A program made the translations under genes and the position numbers. A stretch of DNA of 63,522 bases, counting the filler. It is 4 parts of 4 records of this genome, joined end to end, with 100 filler letters (N's around TTAATTAATTAA, not from the genome) between each part and the next. Parts side by side here need not be neighbours in the genome. Positions count along the whole stretch, not along the records: positions 56,267 to 63,522 come from SRR20825010_3586; 3 more parts are not named here. The stretch is one strand, 5' to 3'. The notes below the pieces were generated by a model. It saw only the letters and a program-made list of their open reading frames with translations. It made no database searches and was not told where the DNA came from. Below, in pieces: positions 60,329 through 63,522 of the stretch (positions within the stretch are counted from its first letter, which is position 1; every line of letters begins with the position of its first letter).

Positions 60329-60497
60329 TGCTAAAGCTTTTATAAAATTGAATAATTAGATAAAAGCTCCTTAGCTCAACTTCGCAATGCCTTAAACAAG
60401 AAGAACGCAGGGAATATTTATGGTGAAAACCAACAAACATCAAACGTTCGACCTGCCCTTTACGCGAAGGCACCGTCAAAATCCTACAAAGTAGGAA

Positions 60498-60687
60498 CGA
60501 TATAGGCAGGTATCCTGGCTTGTTCGATTTCTGCCGCCTTCTCATCCACTATATATGGTGGACAATGGCATAATTGGCAAAAACATGCTATCCCAAATTG
60601 GAATCGGACTTACAGTTGCGCGTCAGCTCGTGATTTACACACGATTCCCTTTTAATCCCGACAATGACTTGTCGAGAACCCCTATCG
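60498..60687 (-). ncRNA. Cobalamin riboswitch upstream of metE
   Basis: Minus strand reads GGTT...AAAAGGGAATCGTGTGTAAATCACGAGCTGACGCGCAACTGTAA...GCCATTG...GAGAAGGC...AAGCCAGGATACCTGCC (B12 box). Confidence 0.93.
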
Positions 60688-60805
60688 TTTTGATAAAGAA
60701 ATTAAGTAAAGAACTTATTTAGGTGTAAATGTATGCAATATTATTTTCCTTTTGTCTCTGGGTACACCTTCTTTATATGGTCAACCTATTGTGACCATTA
60801 AATAA

Positions 60806-61051
60806 TCATAATATTTGGATTTTTGCCCCATGCTTGTCCATAATCAAGATAACCATTTCGGAATCTATGTTGGAACCAACACTCGCTACACGGAGAATAT
60901 TATCACAATCTTCCAAATCAAAATTGATCTCATAGCAAGGGAATTCCTCTTGGAGTTTATCCAAAAGGAATTCAGCTTGTTCAATTGATGACACAGAGGT
61001 AGAAAACACTTCCACTATTTTTATAGATTGCTCAATATAACTGTTGTGCAT
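60806..61051 (-). CDS. Small Bacteroidota hypothetical protein (possibly ferredoxin/HMA-like fold)
   Basis: VEVFSTSV...INFDLEDCDNILRV; last gene of a co-directional operon. Confidence 0.7.
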   Translation of the reverse strand: MHNSYIEQSIKIVEVFSTSVSSIEQAEFLLDKLQEEFPCYEINFDLEDCDNILRVASVGSNIDSEMVILIMDKHGAKIQIL

Positions 61052-61080
61052 AGCGGTTTCTGTAAATTTTTGAAAGATTA

Positions 61081-61503
61081 CTAAAATTCTGGGTTATAGT
61101 TGATCATCCAATGAACACCAAACTGATCTACGAAACTTCCGAAGTAATCTCCCCAAAATTGATCGGCCATGGGCATTTCTATATCACCATTTTGGGAAAG
61201 CCCTTTGAACAAACGGTCAGCTTCTTCTTTAGTGTTGGGATGCAACGATAGGTAAACGTTGTTACCATTGTTGGGGGAATGGCCCATAGAAGGTAAAATA
61301 TCCGACGCCATTAATGTGATGTCCTGGGAAATGGGAAGCGAGATATGCATGATGCGGTCCTTTTCTTCTGCTGGTATTTTATCGCTGTCCGGTGCATCGC
61401 TCATTTTTATGACTGCTGTAAAATCTCCACCAAATACTGACTTATAAAAATTAAAGGCTTCTTCGGCATTTCCGTTAAAATTTAAATAAGGGCTTAGCTT
61501 CAT
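61081..61503 (-). CDS. VOC family protein (PhnB/YjdN-like)
   Basis: PYLNFNGNAEEAFNFYKSVFGG, IMH, LMASD, QFWGDYFG..VDQFGVHWMI. Confidence 0.9.
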   Translation of the reverse strand: MKLSPYLNFNGNAEEAFNFYKSVFGGDFTAVIKMSDAPDSDKIPAEEKDRIMHISLPISQDITLMASDILPSMGHSPNNGNNVYLSLHPNTKEEADRLFKGLSQNGDIEMPMADQFWGDYFGSFVDQFGVHWMINYNPEF

Positions 61504-61537
61504 TGTGTAAGGTTTTAAATTAATGTGATATATGTGT

Positions 61538-61981
61538 TTATAATGACTTTTCTGCCAGTTCCTTTACTTTCTCCAGCGCTTTTGGCCAAGTTTCCTCGAA
61601 AAAGTTCTTGTACTCTTCGATTGTCTCCATTTCTACCCGCAATAGGGTTCCTTCATCGACCGACTCTAGCGTATAATCTTCTGTTGCTCCTGCCCATTGA
61701 TTGGCCTCCTTACTTTCAAAGTTTTCAATACCTCCCTCAACAACTCCCAAATGTTCTATGGTCATTCGCTCATTGGGTATGTTCCGTTTGATTCGACTTA
61801 CCATGCCTCTCCCTTCGGGGCCGAGAAAAAGAACCTTGCTTCCTTCCTGCCAATCGGTTTCGGCGAAAGATCCTTCCGCAAAAACAGTTGTCCATTTTCG
61901 ATAGGTGCTATCGTTCCAAAGTATTTTCCATACTTTTTCGGGTGTAGCATTAATGGTTATTTTAAATTTTTGAAGTATCAT
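61538..61981 (-). CDS. SRPBCC/AHA1-like domain protein
   Basis: INATPEKVW, YRKWT..F, DWQEGS, WPKALEKVKELAE; start uncertain (ORF open to 62011). Confidence 0.85.
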   Translation of the reverse strand: MILQKFKITINATPEKVWKILWNDSTYRKWTTVFAEGSFAETDWQEGSKVLFLGPEGRGMVSRIKRNIPNERMTIEHLGVVEGGIENFESKEANQWAGATEDYTLESVDEGTLLRVEMETIEEYKNFFEETWPKALEKVKELAEKSL

Positions 61982-62003
61982 TATTTGTTTGAATTTTAAC
62001 AGG

Positions 62004-62420
62004 TTAACCATTCAAATTACAAAACAAATTGAACAAATGCCCATCCAAATCGGCAAAAACGCCGACGTAATAACCGTTTTCGTCATAAAACTTTTTGCTG
62101 TCTTTTCTAGGATCAAATCTAATACTCCCTCCTAACTTTTTCACGGTATCCAACCAATCATGGATTTCTTGCTTGCTTCCGGCCGAGAGGGTGAACATAA
62201 TTTCGTTGCCTTGATCCAAGTCGGCCACTTCTCCCTCAAGACTTGTCCTTAGTTTTTCTTTTTCAAAAAAGTGAATCACAAACTCATCCTCGCCAAATAG
62301 AAAGCTTACCAAATCATTTGTAGGAATGCCATTTTGCTTAATTCCCAATGCCAGATAAAATTCCTGTGTTCGTTCCACATTTTCTACGCCAAGGTTTACC
62401 CAGATTTTTTTAGGTATCAT
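62004..62420 (-). CDS. VOC/glyoxalase family protein
   Basis: IWVNLGVENVERTQEFYLALG, FADLDGHLFN. Confidence 0.85.
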   Translation of the reverse strand: MIPKKIWVNLGVENVERTQEFYLALGIKQNGIPTNDLVSFLFGEDEFVIHFFEKEKLRTSLEGEVADLDQGNEIMFTLSAGSKQEIHDWLDTVKKLGGSIRFDPRKDSKKFYDENGYYVGVFADLDGHLFNLFCNLNG

Positions 62421-62920
62421 GCTGTAATGTATTTAATGATTTGTTCCTGTTGATGGATATGGCGCTGTGTATGTACGGTATTGAAACCTATCCACTCCAG
62501 GCGAGTGAACGGACCATATTCCGGGATTTCAAAATCCAAACACGTTTTTGAGAGGTCCATATCCTTGCAGGTTTGGTTCACCCATTCAATTTTCTTCTTC
62601 AAACTGGTCAGGAGATTTTTCTTGTCAATCGGTCTATCGGTTGGTTCCACAGCTTTGGGTGAGTCCATTTTTATATCAAAATTCAAAAATAGTTCGCGTA
62701 TTTCCTCCATTTTTTGGTCAGGGGCTCGCTCCGCCTCCTCCGTGGTTCCCATCAAAATATTGGATACATTATAAGATCTATCCAAATGATCGCCGATCTG
62801 TCCCGCTGTCCAGCCGCCATTTACAGGTCTTGAATTGAGTTGCTCATTGGTCAATGAGGAAAGCAATCCTACAAGTTTTGATGTTGTTGTATCATATTCT
62901 TTTAAAACTCTATCATCCAT
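62417..62920 (-). CDS. DinB family protein
   Basis: GGWTAGQIGDHL and TRLEW...HTQRH His triad; start at ATG 62920; -7 box TATCTTTG at 63060-63067 on the minus strand. Confidence 0.85.
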   Translation of the reverse strand: MDDRVLKEYDTTTSKLVGLLSSLTNEQLNSRPVNGGWTAGQIGDHLDRSYNVSNILMGTTEEAERAPDQKMEEIRELFLNFDIKMDSPKAVEPTDRPIDKKNLLTSLKKKIEWVNQTCKDMDLSKTCLDFEIPEYGPFTRLEWIGFNTVHTQRHIHQQEQIIKYITA

Positions 62921-63176
62921 TTTATCTATGTTTAATATGTTGAGATATATAAGGTTTGTTAAGACCAAAGTGAGCTGAAAATTTTCTCCCGTTTCAAATA
63001 GTAGCTTCTTTAATATAATCTTTCAATCCTTTATTCTTATCTAATATTCAACAGGTTACCAAAGATACAGGTACCAATCCGTACTTTAGAGGTACATTTA
63101 CGTCAATATCACGGGTTGATTACGACAAGATGTTGGTCTACCTTTAAGTCAACCACAATCCATTGATTTTTGTAAT

Positions 63177-63522
63177 ATGAAACATATTTCGATACTTGTT
63201 CCCGAAGGCGATTCTAGCCTGAGCAATTTAGAGGCCACCTTTAAAATGTTCAATATGACCAATGATGCCTTGAAAAAAGCTGGTAAAGCTCCATTGTTCT
63301 CTACACACCTTGTTGGCACCCATAATAAAGCAAGGTTGAGCAATGGAATGTTCAGCATTATACCCAATACTACAATTGATGAGGTAGACAAAACGGATTT
63401 GATCATAATCCCTGCCATACATGGCGATTACAAGGAGGTGGTTGCCAAAAACGAAGCATTTATTCCTTGGATCAAACAACAATATGGTAAGGGTGCCGAG
63501 GTGGCCAGCTTGTGCATTGGTG
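63177..63522 (+). CDS. GlxA-family regulator (DJ-1/PfpI N-terminal domain; AraC part presumably beyond the window)
   Basis: Not in the ORF track because it has no stop. Translates MKHISILVPEG...KTDLIIIPAI...IPWIKQQYGKGAEVASLCIG. Confidence 0.85.
   Translation, partial: MKHISILVPEGDSSLSNLEATFKMFNMTNDALKKAGKAPLFSTHLVGTHNKARLSNGMFSIIPNTTIDEVDKTDLIIIPAIHGDYKEVVAKNEAFIPWIKQQYGKGAEVASLCIG

Noticed and set aside
60300-60545. 81-aa ORF upstream of metE
   Set aside because: Overlaps the riboswitch and its expression platform; no protein features

Overview
The window is not one locus. It contains four unrelated contigs joined by identical 100-bp spacers (44 N + TTAATTAATTAA + 44 N) at 31121-31220, 51946-52045 and 56167-56266, so gene neighbourhood means nothing across the joins. 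Taxon calls below are inferences from gene families, promoter motifs and composition. (1) 1-31120, Planctomycete (Pirellulaceae-like): a matrixin/dockerin/EF-hand protein, an ECF sigma factor, a Ser/Thr kinase-TPR protein and a second planctomycete-extracellular protein; a PQQ-like beta-propeller, a Tat dienelactone hydrolase, two ArsC types, an alkene reductase and an aldehyde reductase, an RND pump, a CxxCH prenyltransferase-repeat protein, a metalloprotease-NPCBM protein, CxxCH-type nrfHA, sulfur-transferase genes, MerR-GyrI and a USP. (2) 31221-51945, Bacteroidota (Algoriphagus-like): FKBP, nrnA, ndk and an assimilatory nitrate/nitrite cluster with an embedded NarX/NarL-like system, then an APC permease and ggt. 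(3) 52046-56166, Rhizobiales-like alphaproteobacterium: glcB, a hydantoinase-family gene, an orphan phage-type MarR gene and a P450. (4) 56267-63522, Flavobacteriaceae: MbnP with an upstream Cys-rich HPP-ending ORF, a PAS protein, metE with a cobalamin riboswitch, and a DinB/VOC/SRPBCC operon divergent from a GlxA-type regulator. The best candidates for undescribed systems are the ECF/kinase cassette bracketed by two secreted proteins, the exact 24-bp TACGTA box shared by the nirB and narK promoters, the orphan phage-type repressor with its own palindromic operator, the leaderless BmrR-like autoregulated gene, and the putative copper-sensing leader ORF in front of mbnP. No rRNA, tRNA, CRISPR array or transposase was recognised.
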